Positions 1 through 14,048 of a stretch of 64,000 nucleotides of DNA are shown here, in pieces. Where the stretch lies: NCBI GenBank assembly GCA_010909165.1, contig VJWM01000116.1, forward strand, positions 372,001 through 436,000, read 5' to 3'. Every line of letters starts with the position of its first letter. The stretch's first letter is position 1. Position numbers and translations under genes: made by a program. The DNA comes from Anthoceros angustus (lineage: Eukaryota; Plantae; Anthocerotophyta). The notes beneath the pieces are model-generated. The model saw nothing but the letters and a program-made list of their open reading frames with translations, made no database searches and was not told the origin of the DNA.

Positions 1-3000
1 TGACTATTACAGGACCTGTACAGAGTGTCAGTATGACCTGTGCCTTAATTGCTGTAAAGAGATCCGGCTGGGAAGCTTGCATCCAGCCCTCCTCAACTCC
101 AAGGGATTGACTGAACAAGATGGAGGCCACTCAGAGGGATTGGCTGAAGTGGTAGCAGAGGAAGGGGACAGAGTGGGGAGCATTGTTCCTGAAGCTGATG
201 CTATAGAAGAGGTAGATCACGTCGGATCACCTTTAGTTGCTGTGTGGGACGTAGATCACGTTGTATTACCTTCAGGTGTTGTGGAGGAGGTAGGTCATGC
301 TGTATCACCTCTAGGTCCTGTGGAGGAGGTAGGTGCTGCATCACCTTCAGGTGCCGTGGAGGAGGTCGATCAGGTTGCATCACCTTCAGGTGCTGTTGGG
401 AGGTAGGTCACATTGTATCACCTTCAGGTGCTGGGGAGGAGGTAGGTCATGTAGCATCAAATTTGGGTGCTTTGAGGGAGGTCAGCCGGGTATCACCTTC
501 AGGTGCTGTGGGGAGGTGGATCATGTTGTATCACTGTCAGGTGCTGCAGAGGAGGTGGGTCTCTTTGTAGCACCTTCACGTGCTGCAGAGGAGGTGGATC
601 ACGATGCAAAACCTTCAGGAGCTGAGGAGGAGCCAGGTCACGTTGCATCACCTTCAGGTGCTGTGGAGGAGGTAGGTCACCTTGTATCACCTCCAGGTGC
701 TGTGGAGGAGGTAGGTCACCTTGTATCACCTCCAGGTGCTGTGGAGGTGGTAGGTCACGTTGTGGAGGAGGTGAAGCCTTCTGGAGGTGCTGTGGAGGAG
801 GTAGCTAACGTTGTTGACCTTGTAACTGATAAAGTGGATGCTAGCTGCTCGGAAGCTGTGGGAACAGGAGATGCTGAGCTGGAAGAGGATGCGTGCATGT
901 CATCTCTGGGGAGCAAGGAAGGTGCAAGCTCGTCAGCAGCTGTCGAGGATGAGGCTACTGTACCTTCAGCTATGGATGAGGATGCTGGTCTTTCAGTGTC
1001 AACTGAGGGAGATGGTAAGGACTCTTCAGCTACAGCTCACAAAGATGCTGACCCGTCAGATACCAAGACTGGAGATCAGAATGGTCCTTCCGCAATGGGT
1101 GACAGAAATGTCTGTATACCAAGCCTTGACCTGGCAGATGCTTCAGTGCAAGATGAAGAAAAGGCTCATCCCTCCTCTGCACCAGGTGAAGGGGCCTGCT
1201 ATTGGCAAATGATGGAGATAATGTCCGTCCCTCACTGACTGAGCAGGAGACTAGACATCAGAGTGGCCCTTCAGCAATGGATGGAGGAGGTGTCTGTAAA
1301 CCAAACCCAGACCACGAGGATGCTTCAGTGCAAGATGAAGAAATGGCTTATGCCTCTGCACCAGGTGAAGGTGATGGGGCCTCCTATTCCCTCATGATGG
1401 AGATGATGTGCGTCCCTCAGTGACTGAGCAGGGAAATGCTGGCCGCTCTGGAGTTTGGTGAACAAGATGTTGGTGCCTCTGTTGTGGCTGAGGGAGAGGT
1501 CAGCAGCCCTTCAGCTTTGGCTAAAGGGGATCCTGGTCCTTCAGCACCAGCTGACTGCTCTTCTGCTGATGAAGGCAAGGACGAAGGAAGGATTGACCGT
1601 ATGTCAGGTGCTGATGAAGGAGGAGGAGGCATTGATGACATGGATTTGAGCCTTCCGCCAGCTGGAGATGAGGAAGATGTTCCACAAGGAGTAGGAAGAA
1701 ATGAAGAGGAGCCAAATGACAGAGTCCCTCATTCTCAAGAGAGTCCATGGGAAGTTGGTAGAGATGGGACAATTGTCTGCCCTCCTAAGGATTGTGGTGG
1801 ATGTGGCAAACACAATCTATCCTTACGGTCACTCCAGGGTGGGGACACAGTCAAGGAACTTTGGACAAAGGTCGATCACATCGTTTCCGTGGCATCCGTG
1901 AGTCTTGCAGAGCATGAGTCAGGGTGCCAGTATTGTGACCAGAGCAGTGCATCAATGGCCAAGCAGTTGCGTGTGGCTGCTGATAGGCCCACAGGAGGTG
2001 ATAACTACTTGTTCACTGCCAGTGTGGACCATCTAAATGATGAGAGCTTGCTCCACTTCCAACAACATTGGCGTCAAGGTCAGCCAGTGATTGTGACGCA
2101 GGTAAATGAACTTGGCACTGGCCTCAGTTGGGAGCCTATGGTGATGTGGCGCTGTTCGCGAAAAGAGCAAAAACGAAGCATGATGACACGCTCTCGGTGA
2201 AGGCTATTAACTGTAAGTCTGGTTGTGAGGTTGAGATTATGATAAAAAATTCTTTCTTGACTATGAGAAACCCAGGGCGTTTCAGGATGGTAACCCTCCT
2301 GACATGTACAAGTTGAAGGACTGGCCTCCTGCAACCTCTTTCAATGAGCGTCTTCCTCGCCATCATGCAGAGTTTCTGCTTTGTCTGCCATTCAAGCACT
2401 ACACTCATCCAGAGTTGGGAATCTTGAATCTGGCTAGCAAAATGCCTGAAGGTGCCCTGAAACCTGATTTAGGTCCTAAGACATACATTGCATATGGAAT
2501 CCGTCAGGAGATGGGCCATGGGGACTCAGTCACCAAACTGCATTGTGATATGTCAGACGCAGTCAATGTGCTTATGCACTCCCAAGGCTCTCAGATTTCA
2601 GGAAAGTTACAGGGTACAGGCAGTGAAGTTTTACCGTCAGGAGGTGCTCTCTGGGATATTTTTCGATTTAGAGGATGTGCCAAAATTGAAGGACTATATT
2701 ATGGCACATTGGGTAGAGTTTTCCGAAGAGAATGTGAAGATGGGATATCACACCGGTCCATGACCAGATGGTCTATCTCAGCAATGAACACAAAAGGAGA
2801 CTAAAGGCTGAAATGGGCATCAAGCTTGGACCTTTGAACAGCGCGTTGGGGAGGCTGTATTTATACCTGCAGGCTGTCCTCATCAGGTCCGCAACCTCCA
2901 GTCATGCATAAAGGTAGCCATGGACTTCGTCTCACCTGAGAATGTGGATCACTGTGTCAAGCTTACGGAGGAGTTCAGACTGCTCCCCAGCGCCCATCCT

Positions 3001-3326
3001 GCCAAGGAGGACAAGCTTGAGGTTAAGAAGATGGTGTTCCATGCTGCAAAGATGGCAGTGGAATACTTGGAACCAGCCAGTCTGAGTGCAGGGGCTCAAG
3101 CGAATGTGGAGGAGCAAGTGCAGAAGCCGTCAAAGGCTTCGAAGTCGCCTTCCAAACCAAAGAAGGGGAAAGGTTCTAAGAGGAAAAAGAAGGGTTCCAG
3201 GAAGAAAACGGAAGTCTCCCCACAATCGTCCAAGAAAAAGGAGCGTCCGAAACCAAAGTGGATGAATCCCAACAGTCTTCTGAGGAAAGGGCACGTTCTT
3301 CTGAGGAAAGGGCAGAAGATGATTAA
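1..3326 (+). CDS. KDM3/JMJ25(IBM1)-family JmjC histone demethylase, copy A (5' part outside window; frameshifts probably sequencing indels)
   Basis: ORF pieces give [14 protein letters not shown] zinc finger end, [24 protein letters not shown]...[24 protein letters not shown] and [11 protein letters not shown]...[11 protein letters not shown]. Near-identical to 21173-24510. Confidence 0.9.
195..800 (+). repeat. 39-bp coding tandem repeat (~14 units, [13 protein letters not shown]) in JMJ copy A
   Basis: Recurring gtggaggaggtaggtcac...tcaccttcaggtgct. Confidence 0.9.
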
Positions 3327-3914
3327 GGGAGTCCTAGCTGATGTCAGGTATTGGATGCGTCTTCCTGGTCGGTTGGAAACGGAGCAGGCCAGTCTGTACC
3401 TTAGGAAAGATTCTTGGGGTGGTGATACGTGCTCAGCTCAGCTCTTGGATATCTTCCCGGACAGTGCAGTTTTGGTTGCCGCCTTGTAGCTTCAGGGCAA
3501 TCCTGAGTTGATTTTTCTGTTCCTTGCTGCATAGGTTGCAGTGGAGTGTGACGTACACCAGTGTCCAATACAAAGGGCATCGGCAGGATCTCTAGAATTA
3601 GGAACGATTGTGCAGGAAAGGTGTCGTGTTACATGGTAGTCCTATAACTTAGTAATTGTTTTTTTTTGTATCCCAGTGGCGGAGCCTGGTGATCTTTAAG
3701 GGCAGGGTGTGACGCCCGAACTCATCAGTGCATGGACTTACTATGTAAAGCTGTCATGGACGTGAGTTTGGTGATGTTTGTATGTTAAGTAACTATGTTA
3801 CATATACACTACTTATTGAGTAAGTATATTATATATACACTACTTATCTACTTATCGAGGAAGTATATTATGTATAGGTTACTTATCGTATCACCGATAC
3901 ACAAATATAAGTAC

Positions 3915-4310
3915 TAGGCCTCCAAGTAGCTAGAAGGAATATAAGCACAATCCAAGTAGCCGGAAGGAATATAAGAAATGGGCCTCAAGTAGCCGGAAGG
4001 AATATAAGCATTAGGCCTCAAGTAGTCAAGGTCGACTCGCACCAACACTAGGCCTTCCTTCCAAAGGACCTCGCAAGGGATGACTCACACTAGTACTAAG
4101 CCTTCTTTCCAAAGGACCTTGCAAAGGACGACTCGCACCAGCACTAGGCCTTCCTTTCAAAGGACGACTCGCACCAGCACTAGGCCTTGCTTCCAAAGGA
4201 CAACTCGCACCAGCACTAGGCCTTCCTTAAGGACGACTCACACCAGCACTAGGCCTTCGAGTAGTCTGCGGTCCTTCCAGAAGACGACTCATACACAGCA
4301 CCCCATCATC
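3915..4310. repeat. Two adjacent short tandem arrays (~30-bp ggcctccaagtagccggaaggaatataagc x3-4; ~35-bp ggacgactcgcaccagcactaggccttccttccaaa x6-7)
   Basis: Units visible directly; same arrays at ~25095-25490. Confidence 0.85.
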
Positions 4311-4335
4311 CTTTGGAACTCGTAGACAGTACCCC

Positions 4336-7300
4336 GCCATCCTATGAAAGGACAACTCGCAAACAACACCCGCAATGAGGTGTTACAGGCCTCCGCCAGC
4401 ATAACACTGCCACTCTTACTATAGCAAGAGTCAATAAGAGTACATGAGAATCTCTCAGAGGGAGCTCTCCATCTTCGCCTCAGCTAGGTGCATAGCTCCC
4501 CTCCTCATAGCCCTTCTCATAACATATACACACTCTAGGCACACTAGTCTTATCCTCAACAAGAGTATGACACAAGTGTAATGAATCTCGAGGGCTAGCC
4601 TCTTCCCTTAATTAGGGAAGCTTACTTCATCCCCAAGTTATTGCCTAAAGCAGTCTAGCTCCCTTAAGCCCTAACCTCACTACCATTAGCCACATATCTT
4701 ACTAAACTAGATCCAAGGCCTGCATGCCTCTGTTGCATGGTGTGGAGTGTGAACTTGTGTCCAGGGACACCATGAAGTCCACATTTTGTTATCAGAGATG
4801 TGACAAGGCTACTTAACACCGGTGTTGAAGAAGTTGCATCTCCCGGCTTGTCGTCGCTTTGTACACCATTTGTAACGCCTTGCAGTGAGCGATGGAAACC
4901 CTCCGCCAAGAAAGCAACAATACAAGAGGGGAGGCCAACCCCATTCTTGCAGCTGTATGATAAGCCTCATGAGGCCTTGACAAACCTAGAGAATCCTTGC
5001 TCATGGCTCTATGAGTCTCAATGGCAAGGCGGATGATGGCGCCAACCTGCAAAAGTACTTGTGGACCTTAGCCAAGCATTCCTTTGTCCCAACTGGAGGT
5101 TAAGGATAACATGTTCGCAGACACTGTCCTGGGTGGGATTGGTTACAACCACATCAACAACCGAAACTTGATCCCCCCGAGTCAAAAATAGATCAGCCCT
5201 AAACGAAACCCCGTTGAGCAGGGTGTAAGGTCGCTCCCTAAATGGAAGGAACCCGTCTTTCATAGCAATAGAGAATATAACAGCGTCTGTTCTGAAAGGG
5301 GTTTCTCCTGAAACCCCTTTTTGCACACGGACGCTTCCTACCCTCTTCGCACACGGAAATCAGACTGAATAAGCCTTTTGGTATTTCTCCCATATGTCAC
5401 CCAAAACATTTCAATTATTGTTGCGATACGATATATGTCACATTATGCATCGAATTACGAGGAAAACCATCCGAGACATTCACGATCGCCTTTTTCCTTC
5501 GACCGGCCACGTATTTGTGCACAAACTTGTGCACTCACATTTAAATCTCCAACATTGACAACGGTGTATGTTTCTAGCTAGTTTGGCGAATGTTGTCTTT
5601 CCGTCTCCTGGACGACGATGTCTCCTTCGCACCGCTATGGATCGTAAATAGCAAGAGGAAGATATGGCGTTTCTCCACCTTGGGATTCGCCAAAGCCAAA
5701 CGCTCTGGATGTTGGTTGTCCCAAGTAGGGTCGCTTTCTTCTTCGCACTTCTTTCCGTCTGGGTTCTTAGGGTTTTCGGACCTTTTTGCCATCTTTCTCC
5801 TTCTTCTTCGGGGCCCCGTGATTGACTCAAGTCTTGAAGGTCGATGGGTGCGCATGTTCCTTGAACCAAGTGTAGCGTTGCCCGGCTTAATCGATCTCCC
5901 CGCCATCCTATGAAAGGACAACTCGCAAACAACACCCCGCAACAGAGGTGTTACAGTTCTCCGCCACAGACAACACCTCTGCTGCTACTCTTTACTATAG
6001 CAAGAGTCAATAAGAGTACATGAGAATCTCTCAGAGGGAGCTCTCCATCTTCGCCTCAGCTAGGTGCATAGCTCCCCTCCTCATAGCCCTTCTCATAACA
6101 TATACACACTCTAGGCACACTAGTCTTATCCTCAACAAGAGTATGACACAAGTGTAATGAATCTCGAGGGCTAGCCTCTTCCCTTAGAAGCTTACTTCAT
6201 CCCCAAGTTATTGCCTAAAGCAGTCTAGCTCCCTTAAGCCCTAACCTCACTACCATTAGCCACATATCTTACTAAACTAGATCCAAGGCCTCCATGCCTC
6301 TGTTGCATGGTGTGGAGTGTGAACTTGTGTCCAGGGACACCATGAAGTCCACATTTTGTTATCAGAGATGTGACAAGGCTACTTAACACCGGTGTTGAAG
6401 AAGTTGCATCTCCCGCGCTGGCATCGCTTTTGTACACCACGTTGGCCACGCCCGCTGTGAGCGGGAAACCTCCCAGGAAAGAAAGCAACAATACAAGGAG
6501 GCCAACCCCATTCTTGCGGCTATGATAAGCCTTGGCGTAGGCCTTGACAAACCTAGAGAAATCCTTGCTCATGGCTCTATGAGTCTCAATGGCAAGGCGG
6601 ATGAAGGCGTGGCCAACCTGCAAGGAAAGTACTTGTGGACCTTAGCCGCGCATTCCTTTAAACCGGAGGGTTAAGGATAACATGTTCAGACACATCACGG
6701 TGGGATTGGTTACAACCACATCAACAAGAAACTTGATCCCCAGTCAAAAATAGATCGCCCCTAAACGAAACCCCGTTGAGCGGTGTAAGGTCGCTCCTAA
6801 ATGGAAGGAACCCGTCTTTCATAGCAATAGAGAATATAACAGTCGTCTCGAAGGGGTTTCTCCAAAACCCTTTACACACCTGCAGACGTTTCCGGACCCC
6901 CCGCACACGTGAAATCTGCATTGAATAAGCCTTTTGGTATTTCTCCTGACATGTCACGCAAACATTTCAATTATTGTTGCGATACGATATGTCACATTGT
7001 GCATCGAATTACGAGGAAAACCATCCGAGAGACATTCACGATCTTTCCTTCGGTGGCCGCGCTATTTGTGCACAAACTTGTGCGCGCACTCATCACATCA
7101 ACACATGACAACGGTCTATGTTTCTAGCTAGTTTGGCGAATGTTGTCTTTCCGTCCTCGGGGCGATGTCATCGTTCTCTTGGCCGTTGCGGATCGTAAAT
7201 AGCAAGAGGAAGATATGGCGTTTCTCCACCTTGGGATTCGCCAAAGCCAAAGCGTCTCCGGATGTTGGTTGTCCCAAGTAGTCTTTCGGTCTTAGCACTT

Positions 7301-7455
7301 CTTTCCGTCGGGTTCTTAGGGTTTTCGGACCTTTTTGCCATCTTTCTCCTTCTTCTTACGGGGCCCCAGATTGACTCAAGTCTTGAAGGTCGATGTGCGC
7401 ATGTTCCTTGAACCAAGTGTAGCGTTGCGGCCACAGGGCAGATCTCCCTGCGCCA
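4336..7455. repeat. Internal ~1.57-kb tandem duplication present only in unit A
   Basis: ccgccatcctatgaaaggacaactcgc occurs at ~4336 and ~5902. Unit B has a single copy (25524-27135). Confidence 0.85.
4664..5278 (-). mobile_element. CRE-clade non-LTR retrotransposon, C-terminal RLE endonuclease segment (unit A; duplicate at 6234-6837)
   Basis: FSIAMKDGFLPFRE...RADLFLTRGDQVSVVDVVVTNP...KVHKY...AIETH...RQRVSIALQ matches the (R/P)D...D..V..K.KY...ET.G..RQR RLE layout. Confidence 0.8.
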
Positions 7456-9990
7456 TCTCTTTGGCAAAACCGGATGTCCACGTTTGTGTGGTTTGGTGGT
7501 CAACTCTTCCTCGTCTCAGGAAACACTTCATGGCCTCGTAATTGCTCGATGAATATTGTGCCTCGTTTTGGTCAACAATACAGCCCGCCTTCCAAGAATG
7601 CAAGTATTCCACTCGCCCGAGCATCCATCTATAACCCATTCCCTCTTTTCCGTGAATAGGTCGTAAAGCGTGACCATCAACCCTATTGGCTTTTGGTAAG
7701 GAGAAACAACATGGCCATCGTTGGACACATTCAAAAGTTTCTTCACGACCGCTTATGTCGAATAAACGCAGCATTGCTCCAACCTCGACTGCCGCACTAT
7801 TGGACAATGCACTGCACTTCCTCATATCTTCAACATTGGGTGAACACCATACGTCATGTACTCGCAGCTCGTAAAGTCCCTCGTCCAAAACCAAGTTGTC
7901 TTTCTCCCGGACCATTGTATAAACCCCCTTTTCACACCATTTTCGCAGCATTTGGACATCCCGCATCCGGTCTCGTCCATGCATGAATATCACGCGAAAG
8001 TCTTGCATTCGGTGATTGTCATGAATCCATCCATTATCTTCTCCAAATCCTCACATGTCATCTCCTTATCCCATGTCTCCGATAAATTGCCCCTTGGTAA
8101 ATCGACGACCAACAGCTTGTATTCTCTTTTCCCCAAGTAGGCAGCCATTTCACGAATATCACCAGTTATTACCTGGTAACGGACCTTTGCTTGCTTTTCG
8201 AACATGGAAAATGTCTAGTTTCCGCAAATCTTCCACCTCTCTCCAATTTCTTGCCGCATTGATGTGCTCTTTGAAGCTATCGGGTATCATCTTCTCTTTG
8301 TACTCTTCACCGCTTCTGTCGCAGGATGGAGACGCTCATAGGTGCAACGAAGACGAGTGCGCAAACTAGTTTGCGACTTGCTAACTCGACAACAATCGTG
8401 TACTTACAATGTGATCAAACACCGTTGAAATTTCGCTATATCTTCGGTGTCGAGTGCCTCGTATTCTCGCTCAACTTCGCAAATGAATTGCACCTCGCCC
8501 GAGCAAAATGTCTCGGATGACATTCAACTTCTTGGCCTTCGTTATCCACGCTTTCATGCCGCCACGGTCAACTCGCCTTGAATCACTTTCTCCGCAGACA
8601 ACATAATCCTTTCACCGCTTCGAGGCATGCCCGAAAACTCTCCAATTGGTCGCATGCATTGGCTTTATAATCAAATTTGGATCCATGCGGCTCTGTCAAG
8701 CACGTTTTGATTTCCTCTTGCTGCCTTTCTTCCGTTACCTTGCTGGAAGCTCACCCCTCTCCCAAAGATCGAAAACTCGTCCACCCGTGTCCACACATGA
8801 GGCGGGACACTAGCAATGCATAGCACGGAGCTTTTCGTCGACAAGTCACGCATTTCTTCCCGATCGATGCGCCGATGACGCCTAGCATCCGATATAGATT
8901 GTACTTCCAATCCATTGTAATGCTAATACCCTCCTCACCGCAATTTTCATTTCATCGTGAATATAGGACTTGCTCAATGAAAGACATCTCTTCCGGAAAT
9001 CGCCTTGACATTGTGATCTGCGGGCCGACACCGCATCTTTAAGTTAAGCTCTATATATGAGCTTCCATATCCGGAAGTGTGAGTTCTCCGGTCTTCACAG
9101 ACAGCGGAACGCATAGAAGCTATGGTTCCCACCCAATACTCCCATGGTGTACGCTGCCTTTTCAACTTGTCTTTGTCAAAGACCTCCACGCGCACTCCTT
9201 GGATCGATCATACATAGTAGGAAGTACTCCCTCTTGCAGGTCCCTTTTAATTTCCGAGAAGATGTTTTCCCCATTCATCCACTCTTCTGATCCGAAAGGC
9301 CACGAGTAATGTAGTCCGCTTCTCAACTTGGTGATGGCAACCATATCTATATGGAATGCACCTCTTTTTGTGCTGACTCGAATTTGATGTAACGGGTCCT
9401 TATGTCGCGCTCGCCCACTGCTGTTGTCCAGCATACTTTGGTGATGACGCCCGTCACCGGTGTCTCAATGTCATTCCTCTTCCTCTTTTCCCGCCGGTTA
9501 CCTTTAGTCCTTGCGTGAAATCGGAACATCCGCCTACCTCCTTTGAGGTTGGTTGTACACGGCTCGCCCTTCATGCATTCTTTGACCCCACCGGCCCACT
9601 TTGTAGAAGCCGCTGGCATCCTCCAATGCATGGCGATTCTTGGGACATTAGACGAACGTTTTGAGCCCCTCGCTATGTATATCCTCTCGTTGTCATCGGC
9701 TTCAACTCGCTTGTCCGATGCACATCGTCGTCCTCAACATCTTCATTTGCGGTTTCATGCTCTTCATATTCTCCACTATCGCCATCCGTGATATCTATAC
9801 CGCGCAAGTACCTCTGCTTTCTTGTTCCATTGAATCCTCATCAATTGCCCTATTGTGGCCGGATGATGGTGCTTTGGTCGTGGTTGCGAATCGCCTTTTC
9901 CTTGCCTCTCCATCGCCTCCCGAGAGGATCGCTTTCACATGCTTGTCGCCATCTTCGCCATCATCAACCCTAGAACTATTTCCTTGAGAA
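7110..9990 (-). pseudogene. ParB-like domain + beta-class amino (N4C/N6A) DNA methyltransferase, copy A, frameshifted
   Basis: GGNHS motif ~9116-9133; YKLLVVDLPRG 8089-8121; SPYQKPIGLM..LYDLFTEKREWVIDGCSG ~7600-7710. Confidence 0.7.
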
Positions 9991-10699
9991 ACGCCAAGAT
10001 AGTCCCGAATGTCCGCAATAAAAAGACAACCACGACTCCATTAACTAGATACATCAACCGATACATTAACCAGACATCTACACCTGGGCTTAGATGACAC
10101 CAAGGCGCATAAGTACGCGTCGGGCACCATGCACCGGCTGACTGGCGCGTGACCGGCTCCAGCGAGTCGAGGTAAGCGCACTTGTGCGCTGCCCCGTGTC
10201 CCGCAGACCCCGCAGCGACGCGCGCCGCATCGCAAGGTGCGCGCCGCACGGTCTCGCGGGCGCGCACTGCGCCCGCAATGGGGTACCATGGAACGGCGCG
10301 ACGAGCGTCTCATGGTGCCGCGCTGCGCGGAATGTGGCCCATGGAGACCGCAGCGGGCGCCGCAGGGTGCCATGTGACCGCAGGCGCGCCTGGGCGCGCG
10401 ACGGGTGTTATGTTGCCCCTGGCGCGCACGGGGTTGATTGGGTCCCAAGGCGAGCGCGCGCCTGGGTCACCCGATGCATCATGCCATCGAAAAAAAACTT
10501 GGGAAGTTCAGATCATCCCGGTCCACATACCTTGTCACTTGTCATAGGCCCAAATCACGGTGTCTTGAGTATATTGCATCGCCTTGAATCCTTGTCCGAC
10601 TCAAAACCAAAGCGATAACGCTTAGAATTCTTCACAAAGAACTTCTCCTTCATTGTGCATATTAGAAGCTTCATTAATTACACCGGACTTCATACATCC

Positions 10700-11560
10700 A
10701 AGCCCATAGAATGTACCCAACTACAATCTTCGGCCCTCAACGATCCATATACCCGCTCACCCAGCGCCGAAAGCATGGGAGTGGTACAACAGGACGAGGG
10801 TCAGCTGAACTTAAATCCCATCGACGCTCCGATGTCTTTGTGATTCGGCCCGCCATGAACCCCGAACCGCCACATGTATCTCGGAATTTTAGGCCATCGG
10901 GTGCCGCAGCCATGAAGTTTAGATTTGATAGGATGTATCCGAGATCGACGCCACATGATTGCATCCCATGTGAGACAGATAATCGTAACCGGCCTTCGGA
11001 TTGCGTGTCGAAGACTTGATTTTTCTTATGATTAACCTTACCTAGTTGTCAGTGGTGGGTGCGCAGAGATCATGAATGCGTTTGAGGGAAGGTACCTACC
11101 AGAGGAGATATTGGCTCCACACAAGATAAGGAGGGTTTATAAACGAGGAAGCGACCTAAGCATCCGGATAATCGCTGATATCGGAGACATTTATTTTGGC
11201 ATACGGTTCTTCTTTGCAAGGGATAGCACTCTACAAGTCCGCATACGAGCTCATCAAGACAAAGTCGCTTTGAACTTCAACATCTACCACCATGCAAGAA
11301 GTTAATAGGGTTGAAGATATCGTGGAAGACCACCCATTTCCGAGAGAGAGTCGCAATGGAGGAAAATGTTGATTCGGATGAAAATCCCAAAAATAAGAGT
11401 GCGAGAACGACAAGCCGATGATGATAGACATCCGACGGCCAAAGACTAATCGCAACAAGAACCCGCAGAGGCAACGGAACCGGACTACTATTGGTGCTTT
11501 TGAAGGCATGTTTGATGATGATCCGACAAAATCACCTTCAAGGAGACTAAACACGTAGAG
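10700..11560 (+). pseudogene. Degraded copy of the plus-strand transposon ORF (see 30560-31409)
   Basis: Homologous to 30560-31409 (MNAFEGRYLPEEILAPH piece). Confidence 0.5.
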
Positions 11561-14048
11561 GATAGAAAGGTGATAGGGTGTTCTTCGTAGCTTTAGAGCA
11601 TAGGATAGATAGATGAGGTGTGTCTATGTGGACGTCCACGATATGTGTAACTTCTTATGTCGCCGGGCTTCCGCCACATCCCTGCACTCCAAAAGACATA
11701 TTTCCTCACCAAATGATATATTTACTGCTTTGCCTTGCGCACAAACAAATTGCGTAAACAATCGACATGCCAAAATTGGAAGAATTCAACAGCCCTTCAT
11801 CACACCGACGAATTAGTGTAAACGATCTGGTATTGGAAACTCCCTGTTGGATTGTGTCTTTGAGTGATTTTTTTGTTTTTTTTTGCTAAGTTTGGTGTCA
11901 AGAAGAGCTAGGTTGTCAGTAGGAAGGAATATTTATACTAAGAAGTGTTCTTGGCCTATGGGTTTGGGTTGTTTTTCTGGGTTAAATAATAATCGGTCCT
12001 TGGACTATGGACTTGGTACTCCTTGGCCTTTGGTCTCGGAATATCTAATAGAAAGTCTATATATGTGTTGGGAGGGGGGTCCTCATATTTGGCAGAGGTT
12101 GCTAAGTCCATAGCCTAGTGGTCGAACCAACCGGGCGGTAGTTGAACTGGTGAGTGGTCGTTGACTAGGGAGTGCGGGGACTATGTTTTGAAGACTGAGG
12201 CTAACCAGACGGTGGTCGGAAGGAGGAGCGGTCGCGAAGGGGAAGTGGTCGAAGGAGAAGTGGTCGCGAAGCCACCATGTAGGGGAATTTCGGGAAATAT
12301 AACCCTAAGGGAACTCGAAAGGCACCAGCGGCGGCATGGGTAGCTCCATACACCTCGGCAGTGGCACGAGCTCGGCATGAGGTCAGGAAGGGCAGTGCCT
12401 TGATGGCGGAGATCTCGCGAGGTCAGTGGAGGTAGGAACCTTGGGGATGACCAAGTTGGAGATTCTGACAGCTATCAAGAATTTGAGGCGTGGCGTGAGG
12501 TTTCGCAGGAGCATGGCGCCTGTGGTCATAGGAAATTGACCGCCAATGGCCCAATATGGACCATTGGAGGGTCAGAGCTGGAGAATTGGCGAGGGAGCTG
12601 GGACTTGGGTTCATGGAAAACGGTGGAGAGTTTGTGGGAGGATTTACTGCATCAAAGAATGAGGAAGGAGGGCCCATGGATTCAAAGAAGAGGACAAAGG
12701 GCCGACGACCAAATCGGAGGAGGGAGATAACATGGGTGGAGTAGTGGCACCCTAGAATAGAACTTTGGATAGGATGCCATCCTCGGACCTAAGGCCGTCC
12801 GAAATTGTAGGCGCCTCCGCTTAGACCTCGAAAGTGGCTATGACGCCCAAAGAATTGTATAAAGGGGCTTGCTGTGCCTCTCATCGATTCTCGTTGAGAT
12901 CCCCACGCCGTGTGGCTGGTTGGAGACGTCCGATTGACAGAGGCGGGGTGCGAGACGCCCTTGGGGTGGTCGAGAGCTTGCTCCGCAAAGGAGTGGAGGG
13001 TGAGTGAGCGCCTCACGACAAAGGAGGAGGAAATCGAGGGATTGGGGCGGGGTCGAGCTTGCTCATAACGCCTACTGTGACGCCCGAGAATTCTTCCTTC
13101 CCTTACCCTTCTTCCTGCTGGTTGTGTTCCGAAATTAAGAGTGTATGTGGTTGTGTGGTTGGAAGCCTGAGGGCGTATCGAGAGAGAGAGAGAATTGGAT
13201 GAAGCGAATCGTGGAGGAGAAGGAAGAGTGGCTGAGCACTGTACGCGATGCGAGGTGTGAGGCTGTGTGGAGAAGTTGGGAAGGGAAACTAACTGAGTGA
13301 ATAATAGTGGGGATTGCGTGGATCAGAGAGAGTCCAAAACGGTGCTGTTCGTGGAAGTGAGCACAAGAGGAAATATCATTGCTTCCGGAATTGTGTGAGG
13401 GCGGCCCCCTTTGTGTGTGTGTGAAGCCGAGAGGATCATGGAACTATGGTCCCTAGAAATCGGTGTGTGTGTGCACGAAATGTGGAGTGTAATAAAGTCC
13501 GACTTCAGCAATGACACGCCGCAGGGATCCGCTGCGCGTAAATAAGTCGCTAGGGTTCGACGTGGGACCCACCCTGAGTCAAGCAACTACCAGTGGTGGG
13601 GGCACCGCGGTAGTAGATCGTGAACGATTTGGGGGAATAAGATCTGGGTCAAGTGGTCTGGGGTAGCTCTGAGGTAGTAGTAGACGAATAGATAGGTAAG
13701 AGGAACAACAGCAGGAAAAGTCCCGACTTAGGTGAAGGTCAGGAGCGATAGAAGTTAGCGTCTCTTGGCACAAACCATTCCCTTGGGAGCGAATCCCAGG
13801 ACTACAACAACATTGAGGGTGAATGTGAACCTCACGGTGTCCCTAGACACAAAGTTACACTCCACAATTAGCCATGGACCCGAGTGCAAGGCGCCACCGC
13901 GGTGTAAATGACCGGACAGAAGTGGCCTGAGTCGATCGCTCAAACCGATGGATGAACACCTACAAAACTCAACAAAACCAACCCACTGCCGAAATAGGGT
14001 TGGGATTTTTCCAAAACCCTTTGATGAGAAACCCTTTCAAAACAGATT

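Larger units (their letters stand above)
5279..14048. mobile_element. TIR DNA transposon carrying a DNA methyltransferase gene, copy A (second left end at 6838 from the internal duplication)
   Basis: Left end AACAGCGTCTGTTCTGAAAGGGGTTTCTCCTG after ATAT. Degraded right end at 14048 followed by ATAT. Interrupts the CRE reading frame. Confidence 0.8.

Noticed and set aside
3708-3717. TGTGACGCCC as an LTR start
   Set aside because: The segment aligns with non-TE sequence in the paralog at ~42586-42660, so the match is coincidental.
3915-4310. Repeat arrays (also 63295-63560) as CRISPR
   Set aside because: The units are contiguous and degenerate with no unique spacers, there are no cas genes, and the context is eukaryotic.
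9935-10618. Multiple overlapping Arg/Ala-rich ORFs
   Set aside because: They result from high GC content and are not conserved in the second copy.
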